DNA from: Squalus acanthias | Lineage: Eukaryota | DNA length: 64,000 nt | Reading direction: 5' to 3' | Assembly: GCA_030390025.1 (NCBI GenBank) | Contig: CM059452.1 | Coordinates: 8,804,001 to 8,868,000, forward strand | Shown: one piece after another, positions 14,340-25,169 of the stretch | Position numbering within the stretch: position 1 is the first letter of the stretch | Layout of the letters: every line of letters starts with the position of its first letter | Notes under the pieces: generated by a model | Told to the model about the DNA's origin: nothing | What the model saw: the letters and a program-made list of their open reading frames with translations, nothing else | Databases searched by the model: none | Made by a program: the position numbers and the translations under genes

Positions 14340-14548
14340 ATAATTATCCCTCAACCAACATAACAAAAACAGATTATCTGGTCATTATCACATTGCTGTT
14401 GGGGGAGGTTGCTGTGCGCAGATTGGCTGCCGCGTTTCCGCCATTACAACAGTGACTTCACTTCAAAAGTACTTCATTGGCTGTAAAGCGCTTTCAGACG
14501 TCCGGTGGTCGTGAAAGGCGCTATAGAAATGCAAGTCTTTCTTTTTTT
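14340..14548 (+). mobile_element. SINE 3' portion (Deu-domain/L2-tail type)
   Basis: AAAAGTACTTCATTGGCTGTAAAGCGCTTT...GTGAAAGGCGCTATAGAAATGCAAG; same family as 61455-61860. Confidence 0.7.
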
Positions 14549-15619
14549 CAAACCAACAGATGTCGGTGACCCGTAGAAAGGATCGGGTTCGATTTCCTTT
14601 CCTGTTAGAGATACAAACATGGAATTAAGATGTCTTGTGAGTTATTTCTAGCGAAATGGTAAAAATATGTTCATGCAGCGAAACGGTTCGTTCTATATTA
14701 ATTTATTTATATTAACTTTTAGCTTTTGTCTGTTAAGCGAGTTTCTGTGAGCCATGCGCAGTTCGCTAGTTTAAATTAAAAGGAATTCCAGGCAGAGACA
14801 ACCTTAGGAAGCTCAGCAGAGACAAAATCAGACTTTCTTTGTTAGCCGGCTGCGTCGAGCACCATCGATCTCTCAGCAGTGAGATAGGCGACATCTCTAT
14901 AAATATGTGTTGACCATCAGCTCGCCGAGCTCTAACTCCAGATAGTGACTCCATCTATGTAAGGAGTGTGGAACGTCCCTGTTGGGCGCCTCTGTTCTCT
15001 GTAACTGTCTCCAGGTGAATGACTTTATTGACAGTTCAGTAAAGGTGAAAGCTTGGGGAGTGATTCTTGTTAAACTGAAGTTTATGCTGCTAACTGACCG
15101 AGGTGATGCGATGGAACATGTGACACGTAGCAGGGTGCAAAGAAAGGTTTAAAAAGTGGGAGTTAGGACAAGTACTTCAGAATTTGACGAATCCGGATCA
15201 GCCGTTCCCCTCGAGCTCGAGATCAATAACTGGTGAATCTCCAGTAACTCGTATTACCCTAATTGCTCTCTTAAGTATATGTGTAATTGTTATTAATAAT
15301 AGGTATCTATGTCTGCTTAATTTCCATGATTGCCAATAATGGGAGGAAAATCTGGGGAGGGTGGCTCATTATAGGCGTGTTATTCCCCCGCCCCCTGCAG
15401 ATTTTCCTCTCTGTTTGTCACCCAGGCGATGCTTTCTGTCCAGGCGGTAATTGCTAAACTTTAACTTTGAATTCCAGTGCCTCTGGGAACTACAGAACAC
15501 AACAGCTCTTCCACCTCTTAAATATTTAGTTCCAGTAAGAAAAAGAATAGGTTCACATATCGAGTTAAAGACATTGTTTAGAATTTTACACTGAAAATTT
15601 TAAATTTCAAAGATCAAAG

Positions 15620-17410
15620 ATTCTCCAAGGCCTTGAGGTCCTTCCTAAAGTGCGGTGCCCAGAATTGAACACAATACTCCAGCTGAGGCCTAACCAGTGT
15701 TTTATAAAGTTTAGCATGACTTCCTTTGATTTTAAACTCTATTCATAAGAACGTAAGAAATAAGAAATAGGAGCAAGAGTAGGCCATACCGCCCCTCGAG
15801 CCTGCTCCACCATTCAGTAAGATCATGGCTGAACTTCCCCATCAACTCCCGTTTCCCGCCGTATCCTTTGATTCCCTTAGCGCCCAAAAATCTATCCATC
15901 TCAGTATTGAATATATTCAACGACCGAGCATCTGCAGCCCTCTGGGCAAGAGAATTCTAAAGATTCACAAACCTCTGAGTGAAGAAATTTCTCGTCATCT
16001 CAGTCCTAAATAGCCGACCACTTATCCTGTATTAATAAAGCTAAGGAACCCAAGCCAGAAGTCCTAACCAGTGTTTTATAAAGGTATAGCATTACTTCCT
16101 TGTTTTTGTACTCCGTTCCTCTATTAATAAATCCAAGGAGCCATATGCTTTTTAACCATTCTTTTCAACTTATCCTGCCACCTTCAAAGATTTGTGTGCC
16201 TACACCCCCAGGTCTCTTTGTTCTTGCACCCCCTTTAAAATTGCACCATGAAAGGTCCAGCTTGTTCCCAATGAATTCTGGGATACTTGACTATGTTAAC
16301 CCTCTATTTACCCATAGAGTAGGTTTAGCTGACTGAAGCACATTTGCAGACTGCAAGATGCCACTTCACTTATCAAACTTCGGAATGTGTGTATTCACAG
16401 CCTCAGTAGAGCCATTGTCTAAACACAGCCTGGCCTCCCAGGAGATAAGGGTGAAATTAACAAGCAACACTGTTCCAGTCACTGGATACATCTAAATTCG
16501 AACCTGGTCTCCCAAGAGATAAGGGTACAATTAACAACCAACACTGTTCCAGTCACTGGGCACATAGGCCATTACGGCCTTGTAGCCATCCTGCTTGTTC
16601 GACAGTTAAGGATAAAATATGTTTTTACAAACTATAAACTAAGCCTACAAAGGGGAAGAGATAACAGCAGGAATGTGGGGAGTAGGATGAGACAACCAAC
16701 ATCTGTGACTGGCATGGTCAGGGGGTATCCGAGTTCAAGGGGAGGACCCGACAGTTGAGTGACTAACCACATAACCAAGAGGGATTAACTGTAGTGACAC
16801 TGTTTGTACATGTACGCCCCATTCTGTAGTAAGTGAGCGGTGCTTATAGAAGTGTATAACTTGAATGAACCGTTACTTGTTCTTAGAGAGTGCACCCCAA
16901 GCCTGAGGAAGCTGAGTGGCTCTGCCTAGTGAACAAGTCTTTTGTTTGTTTTAATAAATTCTGAACTTGTCCTCAATTCCGTCTCCGTCTGAGGTTTCTC
17001 CAAATTCGAATCTAACAATCATTTGCCTCTCCTCATTCTTCCTACCAAAATGTATCACTTCACACTTCTCTGAGTTAAATTTAATTTCCAATGTATCTGT
17101 CATATCACCAGTATGTCTATGGCCTTCTGAAGTCCGTCACTAGCCACCTCATTGTTTACAACGTTTCCGAGTTTCCTATCATCTGCAAAATTTGAAATTA
17201 TGCCCCTTATAACCTTTGAAATTATGCCCTATACGTGCTCCAGGAAATTGTCAGCCTGCCGTCTGCCCTGCAGTGATTCCAGCCGCCCTTCAATCTCAAA
17301 ATTCCTGAGCTCGACTTCGAGCAACTGGAGGCACTTCCTGCACACGCGGTGATCCAGGTCACATGGAGCGTCCTGGAGTTCCCACATGGCACAGGAATTG
17401 CAGGCAACGG
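15620..17410 (-). mobile_element. Nested CR1 fragments (RT and ORF1 pieces)
   Basis: Antisense CR1 3' ends, FADD region at ~17180, and ORF1 zinc-finger-like CNSCAMWE...CRKCLQL at 17230-17410. Confidence 0.75.
16249..17017 (+). mobile_element. Probable solo LTR inserted into a CR1
   Basis: Interrupts an otherwise continuous CR1. Has TG...CA ends, a duplicated ~45-bp block (16442, 16516), a TATA-like GTATAA (~16854) and AATAAA (16953). Confidence 0.5.
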
Positions 17411-17539
17411 GTGTCATTCTCGATCTACAACACCACGAAGACCAGCTAGTCAAATATTACATTTTTGACGTTTTCCTGTAATTGCTGTGTCAACATTTCT
17501 ACTATAAATTCTTATGTAGATATTCATAATGGAGACTTG

Positions 17540-19010
17540 TCTCACAAGTGTGAGGAGCTCATGAACTTCTTTGTCTCTAAGATTGAAACCATCCGATCAG
17601 CTGCCTCTGCCATTTCCCTTCCTTCCCCTAGCCCACAGGGCCAAACTTCCTCTAAGGTTCCCCGCTGCCCTAGCCATGAACTTGCATCTTGCTCCAGTTT
17701 CTCTCCGATCTCCCCTCATGACCCCTTTGCGCTCATCTTGTCCATGAGACCCTCTTCCTGCTTCCTCGACCCTATTCTCACCAAACTGCTGAACACCCAA
17801 CTTCCTTTTCTGGCTTCCATGTTAGCTGATATTGTTAACGGTTCTCTCTCCTCAGGTGCTCTCCCCTCTCCTTCAAATCTGTCGTCATCAGTCTTCTCCT
17901 TAAAAAAACAACCCTTGAACCCTCTGTCCTTGCAAACTACCGCCCCATCTCCAACCTCCATTTCCTCTTCAAATTCCTTGAACGTGTTGTCGCCTCCCAA
18001 ATCCGTACCCATTTTCCCCTCAACTCGATGTTTGAATCCCTCCAATCAAGCTTCCGCCCCTGCCACTGTACCAAAACGGCTCTCATCAAAGTCACAAATG
18101 ACATCCTTTGTGACTGGCGAAAATATCCCTTCTCGTCATTCTCGACCTGTCTGCAGCCTTTGACACGGTTGACCACTCCATCCTTCTTCAACGCCTCTCC
18201 ACCGTCATCCAGCTGGGTGGGACTGCACTCGCCTGGCTCCATTCTTATCTCTGTAATCGTAACAAGAGCATCACCTGCAATGGCTTCTCTTCCTGCTCCC
18301 GCATCGTTACCTCTGTTGTCCCCCAAGGATCAATCCTTGGCACATTCCTATTTCTTATCTACATGCTGCCCCTCGGCGATATCATTCGAAAACACAGCGT
18401 CAGTTTCCACATGTACGCTGATGAGACCCAGTTCTACCTCACCACCACTTCTCTCGACCCATCCACATTCTATAAATTGTCAGACTGCTTGTCTGACATC
18501 CAGTTCTGGATGAGCAGAAATGTTCTCCAAATAAATATTGGGAAGACCAAAGCCATTGATTTTGGTCCCTGCTACAAACTCTGTTCCCTAGCCATCGCCT
18601 CTGTTCCTCTCCCTGGCCACTGTCTGAGGCTGAACCACACTGTTCACAACCTCGGTTTCATATTTGACCGTGAAATGAGCTACCGACCACATATCCACAC
18701 CATAACTAAGACCGTCTATTTCCACCTCTGTAACATCGCCCGTCTCCACCCCTGCCTCAGCTCATCTGCTGCTGAAACCATCATCCATGTCATTGTTACT
18801 TCTAGACATGACTATTCCAACGCACTTCTGGCCGGCCTCCCACACTCTACCCTACGGAAACTTGAGGTCATCCAAATCTCGGCCGCCCGTGTCCTAACTC
18901 GCACCAAGTCCCGTTAAGCCATCACCCCTCTGCTCGCTGACCTACATTGGCTCCCGGTTAAGCAACAACTCGATGTTAAAATTCTGATCCCTCTCTCTGT
19001 AATCTTCCCC
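17540..19010 (+). mobile_element. L2-type LINE RT fragment, frameshifted
   Basis: Motifs NYRPISNL, FESLQSSFRPCHCTKTALIKVTND, FHMYADETQFY and LHWLPV. Confidence 0.88.
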
Positions 19011-19239
19011 AGCCCCACAACCCCGCCCCACCCCCCACAAATTATTGTTCATGTTTCGAATCAGTGATGTTTTCCAAGATTATAGATGAAAAAGTGAAAT
19101 ACAAAGAAACCGAACTGCTAGGAATCAAACAACCCTTAGTAATTGCTGCTGGGATATTCGCACATCAATGAGCAACTTGTCGATAAAACGTCCCTTTGCC
19201 CATTGGATTTAACGGAAACGTTAGTCCATTATTGATTGC

Positions 19240-19710
19240 TTCCTGGGATGGCGGGACTGTCGTATGAGAAGTGATTGAGTAAACTAGGCCTGTATTCTCT
19301 TGAATTCAGAAGAATGAGAGGGGATCTCATTGAAGCATACAAAATTATTACACGGCTTGATAGAATGGATGCTGGGAGAATGTTTCCCTTGGCTGGGGAG
19401 TCTAGAACCAGGTGCCACAGCCTCAGGATAAAGGGTAGGCCATTCAGGACTGAGGTGAGAAGACATTTCTTCACACAGAGGGTGGTGAATCTTTGGAATT
19501 CTGTACCCCAGAGGACTGTGGAGGCTCAGTCATTTGGTATATTCAAAACAGAAGTCGATAGATTTCTGACTAGTAAGGGCATCAAGGGATATGGCGATAG
19601 GGCCGGTGAATGGAGTTGAGGCAGAAGATCAGCCATGATCTCATTGAATGGCGGAGCAGGCTCGAAGGGCCGAATGGCCTACTCCTGCTCCTACTTCTTA
19701 TGTTCTTATG
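19240..19710 (+). mobile_element. CR1 LINE 3' fragment, same subfamily as 9700-10170
   Basis: Near-identical to 9700-10165. Confidence 0.9.
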
Positions 19711-20028
19711 CTCTCATTGTAATCCGGGTAACACTTCCGTTACGCGAATGTGTTAAATCTTGGCTGTTAATCCGCCAATCATAACATCTGGGCTGCATAT
19801 GATGACGCCGTTTATTTTTGCACCAATGGTGTTCCTTTTCTAAATGACGAAACTGACCCACGTGACCAGTGCATGATGATGTCAAATCAGATCGAGGTTG
19901 TGCATGTGTTTTGTTACCGGCAAGATAAACCAGTGAATCATTTGAATGGCATTGACCCCGTAACATTTCTCAGTAATTCCTGCCACAAAACTCTGATCGG
20001 ATTTGTACCGAATATGTCTTCGCACAAG

Positions 20029-21167
20029 ATGCAGGAGTTTTTCAGATGCATGTTAATGCTTCTTATTCCAGTCAGCTTTATGACATGTAAGTTTTTAAAT
20101 GTGTGACCTAATAGCGACAGTTCGTGTCCAGTTACATTACACTGTGTCCCTGGAGATGGGTACAGATATTTATTATCATATTTATTAATGACTTGGATTA
20201 AGGAACAGAGAGTTGTATATCCAAATTTGTAGATGACATTAAATTAGTAGGGCCAGTGAGTAAGTACTGCAGATGTAAGGAGGAAGTTGATAGATTAAAT
20301 GAGTGAGCAAAACTGGGGCATATTGAAGTTAATGTGGGCAAAGGTGAGGACATCCACCCTGGACCTAAGAAAGATAAATCGGAGTATTTTCTAAATGGTG
20401 AGAAACTAGGTATTGTCGAGGTGCAAAGTGATTTAGGAGCCCAAGCACACAAATCATTAAAAGCAACTAGACGTGTACAAAGTGCAATCAAAGGGGCGAA
20501 TGGAATGTTGGTCTTTATCTCGCGGGGGCTGGAATACAAAGGGCTGAAAGTTCTGCTTCCATTGTGTAAAGCTCCGGTTAGACCGCATCTGGAGAACTGC
20601 GTTCAGATCTGGGCACCGCACCTCAGGAAGGATAGATTGGCCTTGGAGCGGTTACAGCGCAGATTCACCTGAATGATAACGGGGCATAGAACATTAAATT
20701 ATGAGGACAGGTTGCATAAACTTGGGTTGTATTCCCTTGTGTAAAAATATTGAGGTGTTTTACATGTTAAACGTATTCGATAGGTTAGATGAAGAAAATA
20801 TTTCCTCTAATCGGGAACTGCTACATTCCTGAGATACCTTTTGGAACTGACTGGTGTTGTCCGCTTTGCTCCATTAATAACATTGTTTTTTTACAGGTAA
20901 AGAGGAAGTTGTGCAAACATTTCCGTCACAGACTCCCAGTGAATGGAAAACCATATCGATGAACTGTCACACAACCACTCCGTTCACCGCGATATACTGG
21001 TACGTGCAGCCTCCAAACCAGAGCCCAAAGCTTTTGATAATGGCATCGGAAAAGGGTGAACATAAAGGTCGATTTACAGCCGTCAGTCGAAGTTCGGAGA
21101 ATCGCAGCTCCCTGACTATCGCGGCCTTACTTTTGACAGACACCGCGACCCACTTCTGTGTCGTACA
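20029..21167 (+). CDS. TRAV/DV: TCR alpha/delta V segment (leader 20029-20086, V exon 20897-21167), open frame; CR1 fragment in the intron (~20140-20810)
   Basis: Leader MQEFFRCMLMLLIPVSFMT with GTAAGT donor. V exon has MNCH, IYWYVQ and DTATHFCVV. RSS is consensus: CACAGTG (21168) - 23 - ACAAAAACC (21198). Confidence 0.9.
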
Positions 21168-21248
21168 CACAGTGTAATAAGGAGCGACAGAGTCCGTACA
21201 AAAACCGGGGCTGCTTTTCGGATCGTATGTTTAGGAAGAAGAACGAAT

Positions 21249-21434
21249 GGGGTAGATTTTCACTTTGTGCGATAGTGTAAACCGGGTGATAGGGAATCGG
21301 CAGCCCGTTTTACATCTGTGTTGATTAATATTTTCATTGACATCAGTGGAACTACACATCGAGGGAGATGTAAACCGGGCTGCCGACTCGCTCTCACCGG
21401 TTTTACACTGTCCCACAGAGTGAAAATCTACCCC
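21249..21434. mobile_element. Palindromic MITE, possibly Harbinger/Tourist-like
   Basis: ~70-bp inverted arms GGGGTAGATTTTCAC...GTGAAAATCTACCCC, flanked by AAT on both sides. Confidence 0.8.
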
Positions 21435-22822
21435 AATGTGCATTTGTTCAGCTCGTTTCACGTCTCCAGCGCCCTCCAGAGCGCTTTAAAATTGGTGAAT
21501 TGTATTTTGAAGAGTAATTACTGTTCTTCCGACGCAAACACGGTCGGCATTTTGCGCCTAGCAGGATCCCACCAACAACAAACGAGATAAATAAGAGGTT
21601 CACTTATTTTGGGGTGCAGGTTGAAGGGGGTAAATTCAAATCCAAGCTGCTGAAACAATATTTGAGTCAGTGAGTGGTCAATCTATGGGACAGGCTCCCT
21701 AGGGAGACGGTGGAAGCAGTTAGTGTTGACTCATTCAGATGCAAATTGGACCGATTTCATTCATAGAATAAGATTTTGGGACACAGTGTGTGTGTAATTT
21801 GAGACATGACGTGTGGTAAGTGTAGAATGCTCGGGAGGAAGAGGTAACTTTGGTCCGATGGCTCCTAAAGCTCTCCACCACTGGGGTTTTCCTCGTGTCT
21901 GGGTCTGTTGTAGACTCATTGATAGAGATTGATCGCTGTGATTAGTCAACAACTCCATTATCGATGTAACATGGGACTCCCAGGATGGTACAAGGCCAAT
22001 TAGATGCACTTTGGTCTTTTCCCGTCTAGCGATTCCTATATTCTTGTGTTCCGATGTCCATTAAACTGTAAGTCAACCCCTTCAGTATGTATTATACTAG
22101 CGGAATAAATTACAAGCCAATGTTTGAAAGAGACAGTAGAAATAGTGACAAGGTGATCATGTACATTTCTAAAGAAACACGTGATACATTAGATATGGCG
22201 CAAATACGGAAGGTTGAATTACCATTTCTGCTCTTGAAATATCTTATTTTGCAAAATGTATGTAAATTCCAGGACAGTTCAAATATATTATTCTGTTATC
22301 AGAAATGACTGTGGCTCATAGTGTATCAAGGGACATTGGCTCTGCGTTTCATTTTACTGTTAGTCAGTTATACATTGGCAAGGTTTTCGTCATTTCGTCA
22401 TTTCCGACATGGCCTGTGTCTATATTCCATATATTAATAAAACGACCAGAACTTGAATGACAATGAACATGAAAAACTGTTAAGGTTATTTCGATCTCCT
22501 TTAAAAAAATATAATGTCACAGATTCTATCGGTAATAATGCGCAAGATCGGCTTTGGCCGACACTTTGTGTAAAATAATTCCTCTCAGTTAAGACGTCCG
22601 CATCAATATTTTAATTGTTGTCCCGAACGAAAGGCAGATTCTTCAAATGGCCAATGCATATTATCTTAAACAGTCACTGAGGGAATAACTTTCCGCTGCT
22701 CATTATGAGTTAGCGATCATGTTAATGCAGCAAGAAGATTTATAATCGTGCTTGTTTTATTGTGAAATCCTGAAGGCCCTCCTTAGAATGCATTACGCTT
22801 TGACTAAAACTAACGAAAATAG

Positions 22823-23114
22823 GAAACCTTGCCGCTTATAGCCAGGATGTCCCTCACACAGTGACTGAAGGAGACGTGAAAATAGTCTGTAGCTCCAAAA
22901 CAAGGATCAGTAACCCCGATCCGTACTGGTACCGACAGCGCACGAACCAGGCTCCGTATTTTATTTTGTACAGGGATAACAGCAGGAAAGAGGAGGCGGA
23001 TTTTGCCAAGGGAAGATTCGAGGCTGGCCAGACCAACACAGAAAAGAAGTTTCCTTTAACGATCACTCGAGCGGAAATCCAGGACTCCGCCGTATATTTC
23101 TGAGGGCTGAGAAT
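22823..23114 (+). pseudogene. TRAV/DV: TCR V pseudogene (second Cys codon changed to TGA)
   Basis: IVCSS, YWYRQ and DSAVYF* (TGA at 23101). RSS is CACAGTG (23115) - 23 - ACAAAAATG. Confidence 0.9.
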
Positions 23115-23613
23115 CACAGTGTTTTAAAACTCATCTGTCGCTGCACAAAAATGATGATGATGACGATTACTGTTATTTTATATCAGAATGGATCCACCAA
23201 GACACAGCGGTTGAAGAGGAAGCTAATGTCACACTAAACATTCCAGCACTAAAGAGACAGTCTGAAGAGCAATGGACATTGGGGGAACTCTGTGCTTGGG
23301 GACTGTTTTAAAAGCACAATCACTACCTTGTGAAATCTGATCCTTGTGTATAAACTGTCTCTGACCCAGCAGCATATTCTATATAGGATTACATTACATA
23401 GGATATGCGGCACAGAAACAGGCCATTCGGCCCAACCCGTCCATGTCGGCGATTATGCTCCACTCGAGCCTCCTCCCATCTATCCTCATCTAAATCTATC
23501 AGCATAACCCTCTATTTCCTTCTCCCTCATATGCTTGTCTAGCCTCCCCTTAAATGCATCGATACTATTCACTTCAACCACTCTCTGTGGTAGCGAGTTC
23601 CACATTCTTACAA

Positions 23614-24824
23614 CACCATGTTCAGGTTTGCGAACTGTCTCCGTGCTCTCTATCACAGTGTGTCTGTAATCCCCACCATGTTCAGGTATGTGGACTCTCT
23701 CCGTGCTCTCTATCACAGTGTGTCTGTAATCCTCACCATGTTCAGGTTTGTGAACTCTCTCCGTGCTCTGTATCACTGTGTGTCTGTAATCCCCACCATG
23801 TTCAGGTTTGTGAACTCTCTCCGTGCTCTGTATCACTCTGTGTCTGTAATCCTCACCATGTTCAGGTTTGTGAACTCTCTCCGTGCTCTGTATCACTGTG
23901 TGTCTGTAATCCCCACCATGTTCAGGTTTGTGAACTCTCTCCGTGCTCTGTATCACTGTGTGTCTGTAATCTGCACCATGTTCAGGTTTGTGATCTCTCT
24001 CCGTGCTCTGCATCACTGTGTATCTGTAATCCACACCATGTTCAGGTTTGTGAACTCTCTCCGTGCTCTGTATCACTGTGTGTCTGTAATCCCCACCATG
24101 TTCATGTTTGTGAACTCTCACCCTGCTCTGTATCACTGTGTGTCTTTAATCCCCACCATGTTCAGGTTTGTGAACTCTCTCCATGCTCTCTATCACTGTG
24201 CGTCTGTAATTCTCACCATGTTCAGGTTTGTGAACTCTCTCCGTGCTCTGTATCACTGTGTGTCTGAAATCCCCACCATGTTCAGGTTTGTGAACTCTCT
24301 CAGTGCTCTGTAACACTGTGTGTCTGTAATCCCCAACATGTTCAGGTTTGTGAACTCTCTCCGTGCTCTCTATCACTGTGTGTCTGTAATCCCCACCATG
24401 TTCAGGTTTGTTTACTCTCTCCGTGCTTTGTATCACTGTGTGTCTGTAATCCCCACCATGTTCAGTTTTGTGAACTCTCTCCGTGCTCTCTATCGCTGTG
24501 TGTCGGGAAACCCCATCATGTTCAGGTTTGTGAACTCTCTCCGGGCTCTGTATCACTGTATGTCTGTAATCCTCACCATGTTCAGGTTTGTGAACTCTCC
24601 CCGTGCTCTCTATCACTGTGTGTCTGTAATCCCCACCATGTTCAGGTTTGTGAACTCTCTCCGTGCTCTGTATCACTGTGTGTGTGTAATCCCCACCATG
24701 TTAAGGTTTGTGAACTCTCTCCGTGCTCTCTATCACTGTGTGTCTGTAATCCCCACCATGTTCAGGTTTGTGAACTCTCTCCGTGCTCTGTGTCACACTG
24801 TGTCTGTAATCCCCACCATGTTCA
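23614..24824 (-). repeat. 60-bp tandem array of about 20 RSS-derived units
   Basis: Minus-strand unit CACAGTG-ATACAGAGCACGGAGAGAGTTC-ACAAACC-TGAACATGGTGGGGATTACAGACA; derived from the adjacent genuine RSS. Confidence 0.97.
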
Positions 24825-24863
24825 GGTTTTTGTACGGCTCTCTCCGTGCTCTGTATCACTGTG
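24825..24863 (-). promoter_or_regulatory. Consensus 23-RSS of the supporting V-delta
   Basis: CACAGTG-ATACAGAGCACGGAGAGAGCCGT-ACAAAAACC. Confidence 0.97.
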
Positions 24864-25169
24864 CTGTGCGCGGACTCAGTGCACAGTAATACACAGCGGA
24901 GTCACTCAGTTGCAGTTTCGCGATGTTCAACTGCCTGATTTTCTGCGCACCATCGACAGAAGCAGAAATTCGGCCCCCGGCAGCGTTTTCGTTATTCCCC
25001 TCTCCTGAAGTGTTTCTCTGAAGCAGGTATTTCGGAGCCTGCCCTGGGGACTGACGGTACCAGTGTACTGTGCACTGACAGATCCCTGTATATTCGCAGC
25101 TTAAAGCAACGGTGTCACCGGCAGCAGAGTATTGCAGAGGCGGACCCTGGGATACCGAGAAACTGGAAT
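24864..25169 (-). CDS. TRDV: Leaderless NAR-TCR supporting TCR-delta V exon, intact (absent from the ORF track)
   Basis: After acceptor ...CCTGCAG reads DSSFSVSQGPPLQYSAAGDTVALSCEYTGICQCTVHWYRQSPGQAPKYLLQRNTSGEGNNENAAGGRISASVDGAQKIRQLNIAKLQLSDSAVYYCALSPRT. CDR1 has non-canonical Cys; no leader exon seen nearby; splice phase matches the J donor at 28173. Confidence 0.9.

Noticed and set aside
23486-24889. 20-aa repeat ORFs (VIQSTERVHKPEHGGDYRHT) as an extension or stalk of the supporting V
   Set aside because: The V frame stops at TGA within the genuine heptamer; the ORFs are by-products of the 60-bp unit.
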